A DNA stretch of 64,000 nucleotides from a candidate division WS2 bacterium ADurb.Bin280 (GCA_002071685.1 MWBO01000008.1:333-64332); one strand, 5' to 3'. Positions 8,318 to 19,011 are shown, counted from the stretch's first letter. Program-made: numbers and translations. Notes: generated by a model from the sequence alone, not told the origin.

Positions 8318-8908
8318 GTTCTCCTTTGACTTGCTAAGTTCGCTGACCACAAAATAACCAAGCAATAGTCCACCGACAATGTCGATTCCGTAATGCCCCC
8401 TTGCAAGAAGAAGGGAGGCGGCCTCAACTATCACCAGAAAATAAAGTATTCCTTTGGTGTATTTTGCAACTGATGAAGATACGAGAAGGTAGCAAACGAC
8501 GGCGAAGCCAACATGCCCCGAAGGGAAGGCGCCGTAGGGCTTGATTGATGTAAGCCCGAATGTCGCCTCGGTGCCGAAATATCCACTGACCGGATTGAGA
8601 ACCACCAACAGTGCCCTTAGAAGATAAAAGAATCCAAAGGCGTATAAGGCATATGGAAGATGCCTTTTTTCGTATTTTATAAAGTAATAAATAACAATCG
8701 CCCCGCTAAGCAGGACTACGGCGTCTGTTAAATATTGAGCGGATGGCACAAAGGGCAGGGAATCAAAAAGAAAATCGGCAAGTGGTTGTCTATTTGGATA
8801 TAAGTTATTAATAAGAGAACCCAGAAATAAATTCAAGTAAGTGGAAATCGCAATCAAGAGTATCGGGGGAAGTAGCTTGATATAATTGCTTCTGCTGGTA
8901 TTTGCCAT
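8306..8908 (-). CDS. PAP2-family membrane phosphatase
   Basis: PSGH and R...H...D motifs (PSGHVGFAV, ARGHYGIDIVGG). Multi-TM protein. Confidence 0.6.
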   Translation of the reverse strand: MANTSRSNYIKLLPPILLIAISTYLNLFLGSLINNLYPNRQPLADFLFDSLPFVPSAQYLTDAVVLLSGAIVIYYFIKYEKRHLPYALYAFGFFYLLRALLVVLNPVSGYFGTEATFGLTSIKPYGAFPSGHVGFAVVCYLLVSSSVAKYTKGILYFLVIVEAASLLLARGHYGIDIVGGLLLGYFVVSELSKSKENLSI

Positions 8909-8969
8909 TGTTGATATTTTTTTAATAAAGATGATAATAAAAATATACTATTATTTTAAATAAAATTAT

Positions 8970-9296
8970 ATGGTTTTTACAGAACACCTCTCTCCAAAAG
9001 ACGTACAGGATCCTCCTTTTGTCGATCGCAATGGCAGGACGTATTATGAAATCTATGACATCGCCGATCTCGCCTATCAAGCTGAAAAACTAAGATATGA
9101 TTACAGAGAGTGGTTAAGCAAATCGCCCAGCGGCCCGCCTCCTAATAAAATGGTAGAGAGGATAATGAAAATTCAGGAGGCTTTTGAGGCGTTCAGTTCC
9201 AGTGGAAATACAGGATCGCAGGTAGGCGATCCAGAAAAAGCAGAAAAATTATCTCAAATAGAGTCCGTTCTAAACTCGATTACATCTGCAACATAA
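8970..9296 (+). CDS. hypothetical protein
   Basis: ORF of 108 aa immediately upstream of the lipoprotein gene. No recognisable motif. Confidence 0.4.
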   Translation: MVFTEHLSPKDVQDPPFVDRNGRTYYEIYDIADLAYQAEKLRYDYREWLSKSPSGPPPNKMVERIMKIQEAFEAFSSSGNTGSQVGDPEKAEKLSQIESVLNSITSAT

Positions 9297-9298
9297 AA

Positions 9299-11683
9299 AT
9301 GAAATATTTTCCCAAATCATCACTAACCGCGCTCTCATTAATAATTTTGAGCGTGGCGATCTCCGGATGCAACGGCCTGAATTCTGAAGAAAATACAAAG
9401 ACAAATACAACAAAAATCAATAATCAATTTTATTACGGTGAGCAAACAAACGGATTGATGCAAATTAAATCCGCGCCCTTGGCATCTACTAATAAAATTT
9501 CAAAGTTGCTGAAAAATCTTTATGTCGATGCTTCAAAAGTTGAATCCGGCGAGACGGTTATGCAAATTGATAGTACCGGTAAAGCGATCAAAGTCTTGCC
9601 CGATGGAAGCCTTATTGTTGCCACAAACTTGAATGAGCACAAAAGTGCTGAGTCTATATCCATTTTTAATACAAAAAATAGCAAACTCGAAAATATCTAC
9701 AAACCCAAAGACAATTTTTTGATTGATGATTTTATCATAAATCCTTCGGGTAATTTAATAGCAACCTGGGAAGTTAAAAAATCACCCAAGGGCAAATTAC
9801 TAGGAGGCGAATCGAGGGTGATGGAAATAGATTTAAAGACCAATGAAATAGAAGAGATCATTCCCATCCAAAGGCTCGAAGGTGACATGAACCAAGACGA
9901 CACCAGCCTGGCACAGTATTTTGTAAGTTCGCAAGTTTGCCTTCAGCACCCAATTTTCTACGATAATAGCGACAGCATCTATCTCGACACCTTTTGTCCC
10001 AACACAATCGAAGGAACTGGATGGGGGGCGGGAATTCATGTAATAAAACATAAGAGTAAAAACGCTCAGAAATCACAAATGTTTGAAATAGGCAATTATT
10101 CATACAGACCGAGTATTTCATCCGATGGAAAAAAGATTGCTGTTGTACGGCCTAAAAACAGAAAATTTTCAACCCTAGAGGCATCGTGGGAGGCCCAGCA
10201 AAACCCAGACAGTCTTTATGTGGTTGATGTTGTTTCGGGGGAAGAAACACTCCTTTTTGAATCAGATGACACAAAAATTTCGGCCCAACCAGTAATTTCT
10301 AACGATGGTAAATACATTGGAATAACCACATTTGGAACAAATTCCGGAGAAGAAAAGGCCATCGCCCTTAACACACAGACTAAGAAAAGGATAAATATCA
10401 ATGTGTCAGCAGAAATGAAGCCGTGTTGTTTTGACGATGACAATTATCTCGTCTTTGCCCATTACGATTCAACTAATGCCGCGGGCATTTCTTATATGGG
10501 AGATGCGCCAAATTCATTTTTGGCCAGTACAATTAATTACGTCAACCCCAAAACTGGCAAGATTGAAAAGGAAGCGGACTTTCCAGACAACGATCCACCA
10601 AATGGCGAGATTATCCCAACATTAAATAAAAACTCGGAAAAAATTGAAGGATCATTAAATGCTCCGGCGGAAGGCGCTTCGAAAAAGAGTAGCTCAAATC
10701 AACAACAAATCATCGCATGGATGCCTGATGAGTCGCAAATAGCTTCTGAGAAAAAAGCCCAAATTTTTCATGAAAGTTTTACCAATAATGACTGCACAGA
10801 CAATTGTAAAAAAACGGTCGATCCTAACTCGCTAGATCCGGACTCATGCCCTCAAGACGTCAGAAATCCCGAAGCATGCGAAGTAGTAGAACTCCCTGAC
10901 GGAAGAATAGTTAAACTAAGTACATATTCGAAGCCTACGGGAGAGATCGATCCAGTTACCGGATTTGAGATAGCTACGCCATCAGAGTTGATGAAGTGGA
11001 AGTGGGAGCACTCCAAAGAAATGACCCTGGACCAGTGCAACAGGTGGATCAAATCGATCGGAGGAGTTAACACTTTTGAGAAAAGCAAAAAAAATCCCGA
11101 GATCTGGAAATTGACTTATGAAAATGCCCAGTATTTCAATTGCTTTGACTCTCCGCTTTATTTGTACCCGAAAGAAAAAAAGACTGTAAAAATTGAATCT
11201 GAAAATATAATTTTCAATACCTATCCGAAAACTGAAACTAACGGCTGGACCGTTGAGGCAAAACCCGACGGAACAATTATTCACCAAAATGAAAAGTATA
11301 ATTCAATTAAGTATGACTATAAGGGGATGCACACAACTCCCCCAAAAAATGGAGTCGTGGTAAGAAAAGAACAGCTGAGTAACTCACTAAGAACTTACGC
11401 AAATAATCTGGGACTTAATAAAACTGAGAGCGACGAATTTGTAATGTTTTTTACTAAAAAGCTCTCAAACTTGGGTCCATATATTCAAATTTCTCATTAT
11501 AATATGGGCGATTCAGAAAAAATTCTTAATCTAAAAATTGAACCAAAACCAGATACATTCATACCAATCGTTATGTACTTTAGGGAAATCTCAACACCAC
11601 TGTCTCTAAAAGAACCAACTTTTGACGATATACCGGAAAGAACAGGATTCACCGTTGTTGACTGGAGTGGAAAAATTGAGTAG
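9299..11683 (+). CDS. large lipoprotein with TolB-like beta-propeller repeats and a Cys-rich module
   Basis: Lipobox AISGC. Repeated S(S/N)DGKKIA / SNDGKYIGI blades. A C-x-C-rich segment NNDCTDNCKK...DSCPQDVRNPEACE. Confidence 0.6.
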   Translation: MKYFPKSSLTALSLIILSVAISGCNGLNSEENTKTNTTKINNQFYYGEQTNGLMQIKSAPLASTNKISKLLKNLYVDASKVESGETVMQIDSTGKAIKVLPDGSLIVATNLNEHKSAESISIFNTKNSKLENIYKPKDNFLIDDFIINPSGNLIATWEVKKSPKGKLLGGESRVMEIDLKTNEIEEIIPIQRLEGDMNQDDTSLAQYFVSSQVCLQHPIFYDNSDSIYLDTFCPNTIEGTGWGAGIHVIKHKSKNAQKSQMFEIGNYSYRPSISSDGKKIAVVRPKNRKFSTLEASWEAQQNPDSLYVVDVVSGEETLLFESDDTKISAQPVISNDGKYIGITTFGTNSGEEKAIALNTQTKKRININVSAEMKPCCFDDDNYLVFAHYDSTNAAGISYMGDAPNSFLASTINYVNPKTGKIEKEADFPDNDPPNGEIIPTLNKNSEKIEGSLNAPAEGASKKSSSNQQQIIAWMPDESQIASEKKAQIFHESFTNNDCTDNCKKTVDPNSLDPDSCPQDVRNPEACEVVELPDGRIVKLSTYSKPTGEIDPVTGFEIATPSELMKWKWEHSKEMTLDQCNRWIKSIGGVNTFEKSKKNPEIWKLTYENAQYFNCFDSPLYLYPKEKKTVKIESENIIFNTYPKTETNGWTVEAKPDGTIIHQNEKYNSIKYDYKGMHTTPPKNGVVVRKEQLSNSLRTYANNLGLNKTESDEFVMFFTKKLSNLGPYIQISHYNMGDSEKILNLKIEPKPDTFIPIVMYFREISTPLSLKEPTFDDIPERTGFTVVDWSGKIE

Positions 11684-11906
11684 TGAAGTGATAGAAGTAC
11701 ATACAAGAGCCAATAGTCAACACCCGACTTTTAGACAAGAAGGCGAGTACTATATAGCCGCAGTCAAATCGCACCCCACTGATGGGAAGGCAAATTTAGA
11801 ACTGATAGACCTTGTATCAAAACATTTTTCGATTGCAAAAAGTTGCATAAAGATCAAAAAGGGTAAACGAAGCCGGGTTAAGTTAGTAGAACTAACAACA
11901 AGTTAG
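11676..11906 (+). CDS. DUF167/YggU-family protein
   Basis: HPTDGKANLELIDLVSKHFSIAKSCIKIKKGKRSRVKLVEL matches the YggU signature (GKAN...G..SR.K.V). A probable TTG start at 11676 with SD GGAGTGG; the annotated ATG at 11622 overlaps the upstream gene. Confidence 0.5.
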   Translation: MSSEVIEVHTRANSQHPTFRQEGEYYIAAVKSHPTDGKANLELIDLVSKHFSIAKSCIKIKKGKRSRVKLVELTTS

Positions 11907-11929
11907 CAGAGCTCTGATATAATCAACTC

Positions 11930-13261
11930 ATGAGAAAAGAAGCTTCTGACATTGTTGCCAAATTACAACGCGAGGGCTTTTTGGCCTATTTTGCGGGGGG
12001 CTATGTTAGAGATTTACTGATGAAAAGAGAAAGTAGTGACATTGATATTGCCACTTCAGCTAAACCCGATGATGTAAAAAGAATATTTACAAAAACGATA
12101 GATAAGGCGCAAAAATTCGGCACCATCATCGTAATACAGGGCTCTCATCAATTCGAGGTAACGACATTTAGAAACGAAGCTATTTATCTTGATGGCAGGC
12201 GACCGTCACAAGTCAGTTTTACAAACGCCAGAGAAGATGCCCGAAGAAGGGATTTCACCATAAACGGTATTTTTTATGATCCGATAAAAGGCAATTTCAT
12301 TGATTACGTCGGAGGGATCGATGATGTAAAAAAAAGGGTAATCTCTTTTATAGGAAATGCGACAAATAGAATAAACGAAGACAAGCTCCGGCTAATCCGC
12401 GCCGTTCGCTTAAAAATAGTTTTGAATTTTCAATACAAAGACGAAACTTTTCAGGCAATCAAAAGAAATGCCAAAAAAATTCAATGCGTATCCGCGGAGA
12501 GAATCAGGGAGGAGGTAAATAAGATATTACAAAGCAAAAGCAGACACCTAGGGCTGGTTGAGTTATCCCAATCGGGTATCTTAAAATACATACTGCCAGA
12601 GGTCGAAAGATTGAAGGGCGTACCCCAGCCATACGAGTATCATCATGAGGGAGATTGTTTTACCCACATCTATCTTGCCTTAAAATCCTTAAGGCAAGAT
12701 GCCCCTCTTGAAGTTTGCTGGGGTGTTTTGCTTCACGACATAGCAAAACCGCAAACTCTTAAAAAAATAAATGGAAAGATCACTTTCAATGATCACGCCT
12801 CACAATCCTCAGATCTAGCAAGAAAGATATTGCAAAGATTTAAATTTAGCAAAAAATTTATCGAGGACGTATGTTATATTATCAGGTACCACATGTCTAT
12901 CGGACAGATAGAGCAAATGAAACCAAGCAAAAAAGTTGACTTTCTATTAAATGAAAGATTTGAATTGCTTCTAGAGCTTACGGAGGCAGATTCAAAGGGA
13001 ACATATCCGGTAAATCTGGAAATGGTAGCTGCTATGAAAAGATTTAACAAAATGGCTAGATTACAGGTCGATATCACCAAGCATTTAAAAGATGAACCAA
13101 AATTAATAAACGGAAACGATCTAAAAGAAATCGAACATATCGAGCAGAAAAAGTATGGAGAAATTTTGGAAGAAGTTTATGATTTACAAATCGAAGGAAA
13201 GTTAAAAACAAAAGAAGAAGCAATCAGTTTTATAAAGGATAAATACATAAATGGACAATAA
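11930..13261 (+). CDS. cca: CCA-adding tRNA nucleotidyltransferase with an HD domain
   Basis: GGYVRDLLM...DIDIAT polymerase-beta head, RDFTINGIFYDP, and HHEGDCFTH...LLHDIAK HD motif. Confidence 0.8.
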   Translation: MRKEASDIVAKLQREGFLAYFAGGYVRDLLMKRESSDIDIATSAKPDDVKRIFTKTIDKAQKFGTIIVIQGSHQFEVTTFRNEAIYLDGRRPSQVSFTNAREDARRRDFTINGIFYDPIKGNFIDYVGGIDDVKKRVISFIGNATNRINEDKLRLIRAVRLKIVLNFQYKDETFQAIKRNAKKIQCVSAERIREEVNKILQSKSRHLGLVELSQSGILKYILPEVERLKGVPQPYEYHHEGDCFTHIYLALKSLRQDAPLEVCWGVLLHDIAKPQTLKKINGKITFNDHASQSSDLARKILQRFKFSKKFIEDVCYIIRYHMSIGQIEQMKPSKKVDFLLNERFELLLELTEADSKGTYPVNLEMVAAMKRFNKMARLQVDITKHLKDEPKLINGNDLKEIEHIEQKKYGEILEEVYDLQIEGKLKTKEEAISFIKDKYINGQ

Positions 13262-14141
13262 AATAACCGAAGAGGATTTAAAAAATCTTTTCGACAAAGA
13301 CCTTGAAGACGTAGTTCCGGAAAACAGCTGGAAGGGATTTGAGGTAAAAGAGGAAAAAATTAAAATTAAAAAATCAATCAAAAAAAACGAAGACTACAAA
13401 AATATACGGCTGATCAGAAAAAAAATTCAGCAAGTCAAAAATAAAAAGAGAAAAAAAAGCGATAAGCAAATTGATCTATTTCTCAAGGCCTGTTTCTTGT
13501 CCGGATTAATTGTGGGGGCGTTTTTTGTTTTTATTAATTACGAGGGTTATTCAAAACAGCTCAAGTGGTCGTACTACCGCGAATATTTGAACGAACCACT
13601 TCCTGAAAAAAAGGACCCCTCGCCAACACCTCTGCCCAGTCCTACCGTTGAGCCAACGGCAGTCGTAGACGTTTTGCCCGTACTTGAAGCTCCAGAGATC
13701 AACATCGAAGACAACAGACTGATAATTGACAAAATAGCAGTTAACGCCAAAGTAATTTGGGACGTTAGCGAAAACAATATAATCGAAAAATTAAAGGATG
13801 GAGTCGTCCATTACGGGGGTACCTCAAAACCCTCTGACGGCGGCAATATTTTTCTAGTTGGCCACTCATCAAACTATTCTTGGATTAAAAGTGATTACAA
13901 CAGTATCTTTGCCCTTCTGGACAAGCTTGTAAAAGGTGACAGAATAGAGTTAAGGAGAGAGGGAAGAAGTTATTATTATGAGGTAATGGAGACAAAAATT
14001 GTTTCAAAAGATGACGTAAGCGTCATAAACAATACTGATAAGGAAATTTTAAGTTTGATGACCTGCTGGCCGATAGGAACCTCTCTCAAAAGAATGGTAG
14101 TGATATCTGAGCTTAAATATTATTCAAGCTGGACTAACTAG
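13251..14141 (+). CDS. sortase-family transpeptidase
   Basis: N-terminal TM anchor. Catalytic His in LVGHSS and Cys in LSLMTCWP (TLxTC-like), with a downstream Arg. Confidence 0.65.
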   Translation: MDNKITEEDLKNLFDKDLEDVVPENSWKGFEVKEEKIKIKKSIKKNEDYKNIRLIRKKIQQVKNKKRKKSDKQIDLFLKACFLSGLIVGAFFVFINYEGYSKQLKWSYYREYLNEPLPEKKDPSPTPLPSPTVEPTAVVDVLPVLEAPEINIEDNRLIIDKIAVNAKVIWDVSENNIIEKLKDGVVHYGGTSKPSDGGNIFLVGHSSNYSWIKSDYNSIFALLDKLVKGDRIELRREGRSYYYEVMETKIVSKDDVSVINNTDKEILSLMTCWPIGTSLKRMVVISELKYYSSWTN

Positions 14142-15249
14142 AACCCAATCTCTCTATGACATCAAGTGTTTTTGAAGCCGCATCGTCCCATTTAAAAACA
14201 CTGGACCTCAAAAGACCTAGCTTCACATATTTATCATGAGATTTTTTGTCTCCTATCAATTGAAGAAGCATGTCGGATAATTGCTTGTGGTCATGAACGC
14301 TGTGCAATAAGCCGGCTCCATTTAATATTTCGGGTATTGAAGTAGTATTTGAAGCGACAACCGGAACACCACTGGCCATAGCTTCAACAAGAGGCATCCC
14401 GAACCCTTCAAAATTACTTGGGAAAGCAAAAATGTCGGCATTGCGCATAAAAAGAGGCGCGTCTTCATCGCTAACATATCCAAGCTCAATAATGTCTTTT
14501 TTTATAAAATCATCAAGCGAGGCGATTAAGTCACTGATCTGCTCATATTGGTAGCCGGGCCTACCAGCTAAAACCAATTTGTGATTTATTGATCTGTTCT
14601 GTTTCAAAAGGGCAAAAGCTTTTATTAAAGTTGTTATATTTTTCTTAGCTTCCAAGCGACCGATGAAATAAATGTATTTCCCAAGCGGCTTTATTTTTGG
14701 ATGATCCGGCTCCTTTTTGACAAAATATTTCTTCTTATCATACCCATGATAGACTACTGTAATTTTTCGTTCATCGGCTCCGTAAAGCTTGATTAAATCT
14801 TTTTTGGTAGCCTCGGAAATTGCGATTATTTGATTGGCGTGCTTGACCGAAAAGCGCATGCACCAATCGTGGTAAATTCTTTCAAGAGGAGTATAGAGTT
14901 CTGGGTAATATTTAAAGCCGACATCATGAAGAGTGATAACAGTTTTCTTTCCGTGAAAAACGGGGATTGTGTGAGCTGGGACAAACAATACATCGGGCGG
15001 ATTTCTTAATATTTCAAAAGAAAGACGGATTTGGCTCCAAAGTTTCGGAAAGGACATAACTCTATTGCTAACGCCTTTCTGATTTTTATCAACATAATCC
15101 AAAGGAGTTTTTGAATAAAGGCGCAGTTCGACACTTTCTCTCTTTAGAGAGATCATTTGCTTGATAATTTCATAGGAATAATACTCGGTTCCTGTTCGTT
15201 GGGCGGTGTTTGACCTGCTCGCATCTATTCCGATTACAGTTTTTTTCAT
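14134..15249 (-). CDS. glycosyltransferase family 1 (GT4)
   Basis: EGFGMPLVEAMASGVPVVAS C-terminal GT-B motif. Confidence 0.8.
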   Translation of the reverse strand: MKKTVIGIDASRSNTAQRTGTEYYSYEIIKQMISLKRESVELRLYSKTPLDYVDKNQKGVSNRVMSFPKLWSQIRLSFEILRNPPDVLFVPAHTIPVFHGKKTVITLHDVGFKYYPELYTPLERIYHDWCMRFSVKHANQIIAISEATKKDLIKLYGADERKITVVYHGYDKKKYFVKKEPDHPKIKPLGKYIYFIGRLEAKKNITTLIKAFALLKQNRSINHKLVLAGRPGYQYEQISDLIASLDDFIKKDIIELGYVSDEDAPLFMRNADIFAFPSNFEGFGMPLVEAMASGVPVVASNTTSIPEILNGAGLLHSVHDHKQLSDMLLQLIGDKKSHDKYVKLGLLRSSVFKWDDAASKTLDVIERLGSS

Positions 15250-16253
15250 TTAGACCTCCAAATAAATGAGCTTGAAAAATCATCAAAATGATCAACGGCA
15301 AGCTTGATACCTGCAATAGTGCAACCATCGGGGTTTTCGGCCATCTGGCAAGGAACGCCTGTCACTTTGGTTAAAAGCTCATCGAAGTTTCTTAAATTTC
15401 CGGCACCACCGACTATTACCATACCTCTATCCATTATATCTGAAGAAAGCTCGGGGGGAGTTCTTTGTAAAACTTGCTTGACCGACAGAATGATCTCGTT
15501 TATTACCGGCTTTATTGCATTTACTACATCTTGAGTTTCAAGAATCAAGCTTTCAGGTAATCCAGAGACAGTGTTACTACCCGAAACCTCCATCTTTAAT
15601 TCTTTTTTCAACGGCATTGCCGAACCAATTTCAATTTTTACCTGCTCTGCCGTCTGCTCACCAATGACAAGTGAATGTTTTTTGCGAACATAATCGGCAA
15701 TCGCTTCGTCGAATTTCTTCCCTCCGTATCTGACAGAAGAGAAAGAGACGATGTCGCCAAGCGAAATAACGGCTATTTCTGTTTTTCCGCCCCCAACGTC
15801 AATAACCATGTTGCCACTTGAAGAAGAAATATCTATTCCAGCACCAAGGGCAGCGGCAAGCGGAGATTTAAATAAATAGGCCTTCTTCCCTCCGACTGCT
15901 TCGATTACGTCAATAACAGCTTTTTTTTCTGTAGATGTGGCGCCAACCGGTATATTCACCACCACGTCGGGTTTTAGTAATCTCAATCGCCCGAGTATTT
16001 GGGCAAAATATATTTGAAGCATTTGCTTAGTTGTCTTAAAAGAGGCAATCACTCCATCGCAAAGAGGATGGGCAGCCATTAATCCCTCCGGTGTTCGCCC
16101 AAGCATTGATTTTGCCTCTTTGCCAACCGCCACCACCTTCTGTTTTGACACGTCTATAGCAACAACACTTGGTTCGTCAACTACAAGAGCTTTTTTGCTG
16201 GTGCAAATTCTGATATTAAGCGACCCTAGATCAATCCCTATCCTATACGGCAT
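15246..16253 (-). CDS. mreB: rod-shape determining protein MreB
   Basis: Actin-like ATPase motifs GIDLGSLN, VIDVGGGKTEIA and VIVGGAG; length 335 aa. Confidence 0.85.
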   Translation of the reverse strand: MPYRIGIDLGSLNIRICTSKKALVVDEPSVVAIDVSKQKVVAVGKEAKSMLGRTPEGLMAAHPLCDGVIASFKTTKQMLQIYFAQILGRLRLLKPDVVVNIPVGATSTEKKAVIDVIEAVGGKKAYLFKSPLAAALGAGIDISSSSGNMVIDVGGGKTEIAVISLGDIVSFSSVRYGGKKFDEAIADYVRKKHSLVIGEQTAEQVKIEIGSAMPLKKELKMEVSGSNTVSGLPESLILETQDVVNAIKPVINEIILSVKQVLQRTPPELSSDIMDRGMVIVGGAGNLRNFDELLTKVTGVPCQMAENPDGCTIAGIKLAVDHFDDFSSSFIWRSK

Positions 16254-17511
16254 CTTCTCTCCTAATTATTTGAGCTCCGAGATTATTAAGTTTTTGTTCC
16301 ACTTTCTCATAACCCCTATCAATGATTTGAGCTTTTTCAATTATGCTCTCCCCCTGCGCCATCAGCGCGGCAATGAGAAGGGTAATTCCACTTCTTAAAT
16401 CGGGTGACTCAACGTTACAGCTGACAAAATCGGTCGGACCAAAAATTTGCGCTTCATTGGGACCGACCATCTCTACTTTTAGGCCCATTTTTTGAAGCTG
16501 TTTTAGATACCCCAGTCGATTATCAAACATTTTTTCTCTAATTATCGATTTTCCATTTGCCTTTGCCGCCAAGAGCGACATTGGAGACTGTAGGTCGGTC
16601 GGGAACCCCGGATACGGGGCAGTTTCAATGACAAACGGCTTAATATCGTCACTTTTTTCAATATAAGCAACATCATCCTTGACCGAAATGTTTACATTGC
16701 AATCTCGAATAACCTTGGTAAAGGAACGCAGATCCTTTTCAATATATGGGCTAACCGTACCACTTCCACCGGTCAAGGCAATTGCTAGGGCAAATGTTCC
16801 GGCCTCAATTCTATCGGGCAATGCACTAACCCTTTCAACAGAAAGGTCTTCGACACCTTCTATACGCAAGAAACCATCCGAATTTTCATTTATACGTCCT
16901 CCTGCCAGATTGATAATCCTGATCAGATCCATCACCTCGGGTTCGCGGGCAAAATTCGAAATCGTTGCCACAAGAGAGCTTTTTGCTAAATACAAAATGA
17001 TGTTTTCGGTAGCTGTAACGCTTTTTTCCGCCATTTGAATACTGACTTCACCCTCGTTCTTTTTCGCCTCGAGAAAATAGCTACCGTTTGCCTCATGAGA
17101 AATCTCTACGCCACATTGTCTAAAAGCATCAAGGTGTGAATCGATAGATCTAAGACCGATGGCGCATCCTCCGGGACAAAAAATGTTTGCCCTTTTGAAC
17201 CTTGAAAGCAGGGGACCGGTATAAACGATTGAAGCCCTAAGCTTGGTGGAGAGTTCTCTGTTTAGCGTAAAATTTGTGATATTTTGACTGTTTAACCTCA
17301 ACTGCGATCCTTCAAATTGGTATTCGCCTCCCAGAAGACGCAGAAGCTCCAATTGTTTTTTAACATCCTCAATCTCAGGAGAGTTGTCAATCGATATGGG
17401 CTTTGACAAAATTAGCGACAACGGAATTAACTTTAACACTTCGTTTTTGGCACCGCTTACTTCAACGTTTCCGTTTAAAGACTTTTTTCCCTTAATTACA
17501 AAAGATGACAT
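16243..17511 (-). CDS. murA: UDP-N-acetylglucosamine 1-carboxyvinyltransferase
   Basis: Catalytic Cys loop FCPGGCAIGLR; length 422 aa; EPSP-synthase fold repeats. Confidence 0.9.
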   Translation of the reverse strand: MSSFVIKGKKSLNGNVEVSGAKNEVLKLIPLSLILSKPISIDNSPEIEDVKKQLELLRLLGGEYQFEGSQLRLNSQNITNFTLNRELSTKLRASIVYTGPLLSRFKRANIFCPGGCAIGLRSIDSHLDAFRQCGVEISHEANGSYFLEAKKNEGEVSIQMAEKSVTATENIILYLAKSSLVATISNFAREPEVMDLIRIINLAGGRINENSDGFLRIEGVEDLSVERVSALPDRIEAGTFALAIALTGGSGTVSPYIEKDLRSFTKVIRDCNVNISVKDDVAYIEKSDDIKPFVIETAPYPGFPTDLQSPMSLLAAKANGKSIIREKMFDNRLGYLKQLQKMGLKVEMVGPNEAQIFGPTDFVSCNVESPDLRSGITLLIAALMAQGESIIEKAQIIDRGYEKVEQKLNNLGAQIIRREDAV

Positions 17512-17575
17512 CTTAAATTCCTTATATTTTTATGTTATAATCATACCTGTAGCAAAAATATTTTCAATAAAACAA

Positions 17576-18238
17576 ATGAAGATCGTAGGATTTATTTTCA
17601 GTTTTTTATTTTTCATAGCGGCGGGAGCGGCGATCATATCCTATGCCGCTGGTTATAAAATAGATTTAGTAAGTAGGCAAATCAAGCAGACAGGCATGAT
17701 TGAAGTTCAGACCAAAACCAAAGACAGTGCGATTTATTTAAACGGTGAACTTCGTGGAGCAGAATCCGTGGTAATACGCGATCTTTCACCAGGTCAATAT
17801 GACGTCCTAGTGTCGAAAGAAGGTTACCATGACTGGTCAAAGAAAGTCGAGCTACAAGCGGGCAGAGTCGAAATACTAAATGACGTCGTTCTTTTTCTCA
17901 AAGAGCCCATAATCGAAGAGTTTGTGAGTGACATAAATAGTGACTCCCTTTTTAAATTAGCAGACACTGATGGCCTTGCCTTAAACGGAAGCGAGATAAT
18001 ACAAAATAATCTTTTTGTGACTAGACTCAATACGGAAATATTTGGTGTTTGTTGGTATCCAAACAGAAAATACATTGCTTTTACAACCCAAAAGAAGCTC
18101 AATGTCATTGAAATTGACGGATCCAATCAAGTAGAAATATTAGAGAAGGACTCAGATTCTCCGGTTGTTTTCGTGAACTCCGGCATGAGTATGATATTTA
18201 AAAGCGGTGATAAATTTTATCGCAGCGTTATAAGATAA
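17576..18238 (+). CDS. membrane-anchored PEGA-domain protein
   Basis: TM helix, then the PEGA-like IYLNGELRG...GQYDVLVSKEGYHDW. The ATG at 17576 is preferred over the track start 17384, which overlaps murA. TATAAT at 17537. Confidence 0.5.
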   Translation: MKIVGFIFSFLFFIAAGAAIISYAAGYKIDLVSRQIKQTGMIEVQTKTKDSAIYLNGELRGAESVVIRDLSPGQYDVLVSKEGYHDWSKKVELQAGRVEILNDVVLFLKEPIIEEFVSDINSDSLFKLADTDGLALNGSEIIQNNLFVTRLNTEIFGVCWYPNRKYIAFTTQKKLNVIEIDGSNQVEILEKDSDSPVVFVNSGMSMIFKSGDKFYRSVIR

Positions 18239-18242
18239 CAAA

Positions 18243-18968
18243 ATGCTTAAGATATTTGGCATCAACATAAGGTCGGGTTCGGCCGAGGATGTTTTGAAAT
18301 TAATCGATCTTGTAATTTCAAAAAAGACTCAAGTTCAAATAGCCACGGTAAATAACGAGATCCTCATTGAATCAAGAAAAAACAAGGAATTTAAAACGGC
18401 TCTCACGAAAAGCCACTGTATCGCCGACAGTACGGGAGTAGTTTTGGCGGTCTTTTTTAAATATTTTAAAAAAATCGAAAGAATACCGGGCGTGGATCTT
18501 TTTTACAAAATCTGCGAGAGAGCGCAGGAGAAAAATTACAAAATCTTTCTCTTTGGCGGAGGCAGGGGAATTGCCCACGTTGCAAAATCCAAGCTTGAGG
18601 ACAGGTATCCGGGAATAAAAATTGTAGGGATCATCGATGGAGACGAAATTTCTCCGGAAAAAACGAACCTTGTTCACCTAACTAAGATAAATAAATCTGA
18701 AGCGCAAATCATCGCAGTTGCTTTAGGAGCTCCCAAGCAAGAGCTGTGGATTAGAAACAATATGACAAAAATTAAAGCAAATGTTTTCATAGGACTGGGT
18801 GGAACTCTTGATTTTGTTTCGCTCAATGTTCAGAGAGCACCTCTTTTTATAAGAAGACTGGGGCTTGAGTGGCTGTTTAGATTAATAAAACAACCAAATC
18901 GATTTTTTAGAATAATAAAAGCAGTAATTGTTTTTCCCTTCTTTGTTTTGTTTGACAGCACCAGATAA
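18243..18968 (+). CDS. WecB/TagA/CpsF-family glycosyltransferase (GT26)
   Basis: Length ~240 aa, with GVDLFYKICE...IFLFGG...IAVALGAPKQELW matching the family core. Confidence 0.65.
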   Translation: MLKIFGINIRSGSAEDVLKLIDLVISKKTQVQIATVNNEILIESRKNKEFKTALTKSHCIADSTGVVLAVFFKYFKKIERIPGVDLFYKICERAQEKNYKIFLFGGGRGIAHVAKSKLEDRYPGIKIVGIIDGDEISPEKTNLVHLTKINKSEAQIIAVALGAPKQELWIRNNMTKIKANVFIGLGGTLDFVSLNVQRAPLFIRRLGLEWLFRLIKQPNRFFRIIKAVIVFPFFVLFDSTR

Positions 18969-18973
18969 ATGCA

Positions 18974-19002
18974 TTGACATTTTATTAAATCTCTTATATA
19001 AT
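18974..19002 (+). promoter_or_regulatory. consensus sigma70 promoter TTGACA-17 nt-TATAAT upstream of nusA
   Basis: Perfect -35 (18974-18979) and -10 (18997-19002) with a 17-nt spacer. Confidence 0.6.
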
Positions 19003-19011
19003 GTATTATAA

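Noticed and set aside
17384-17575. N-terminal extension of the PEGA protein from the track
   Set aside because: It overlaps murA on the opposite strand for ~130 nt. An internal ATG at 17576 follows a TATAAT and begins exactly at the TM helix.
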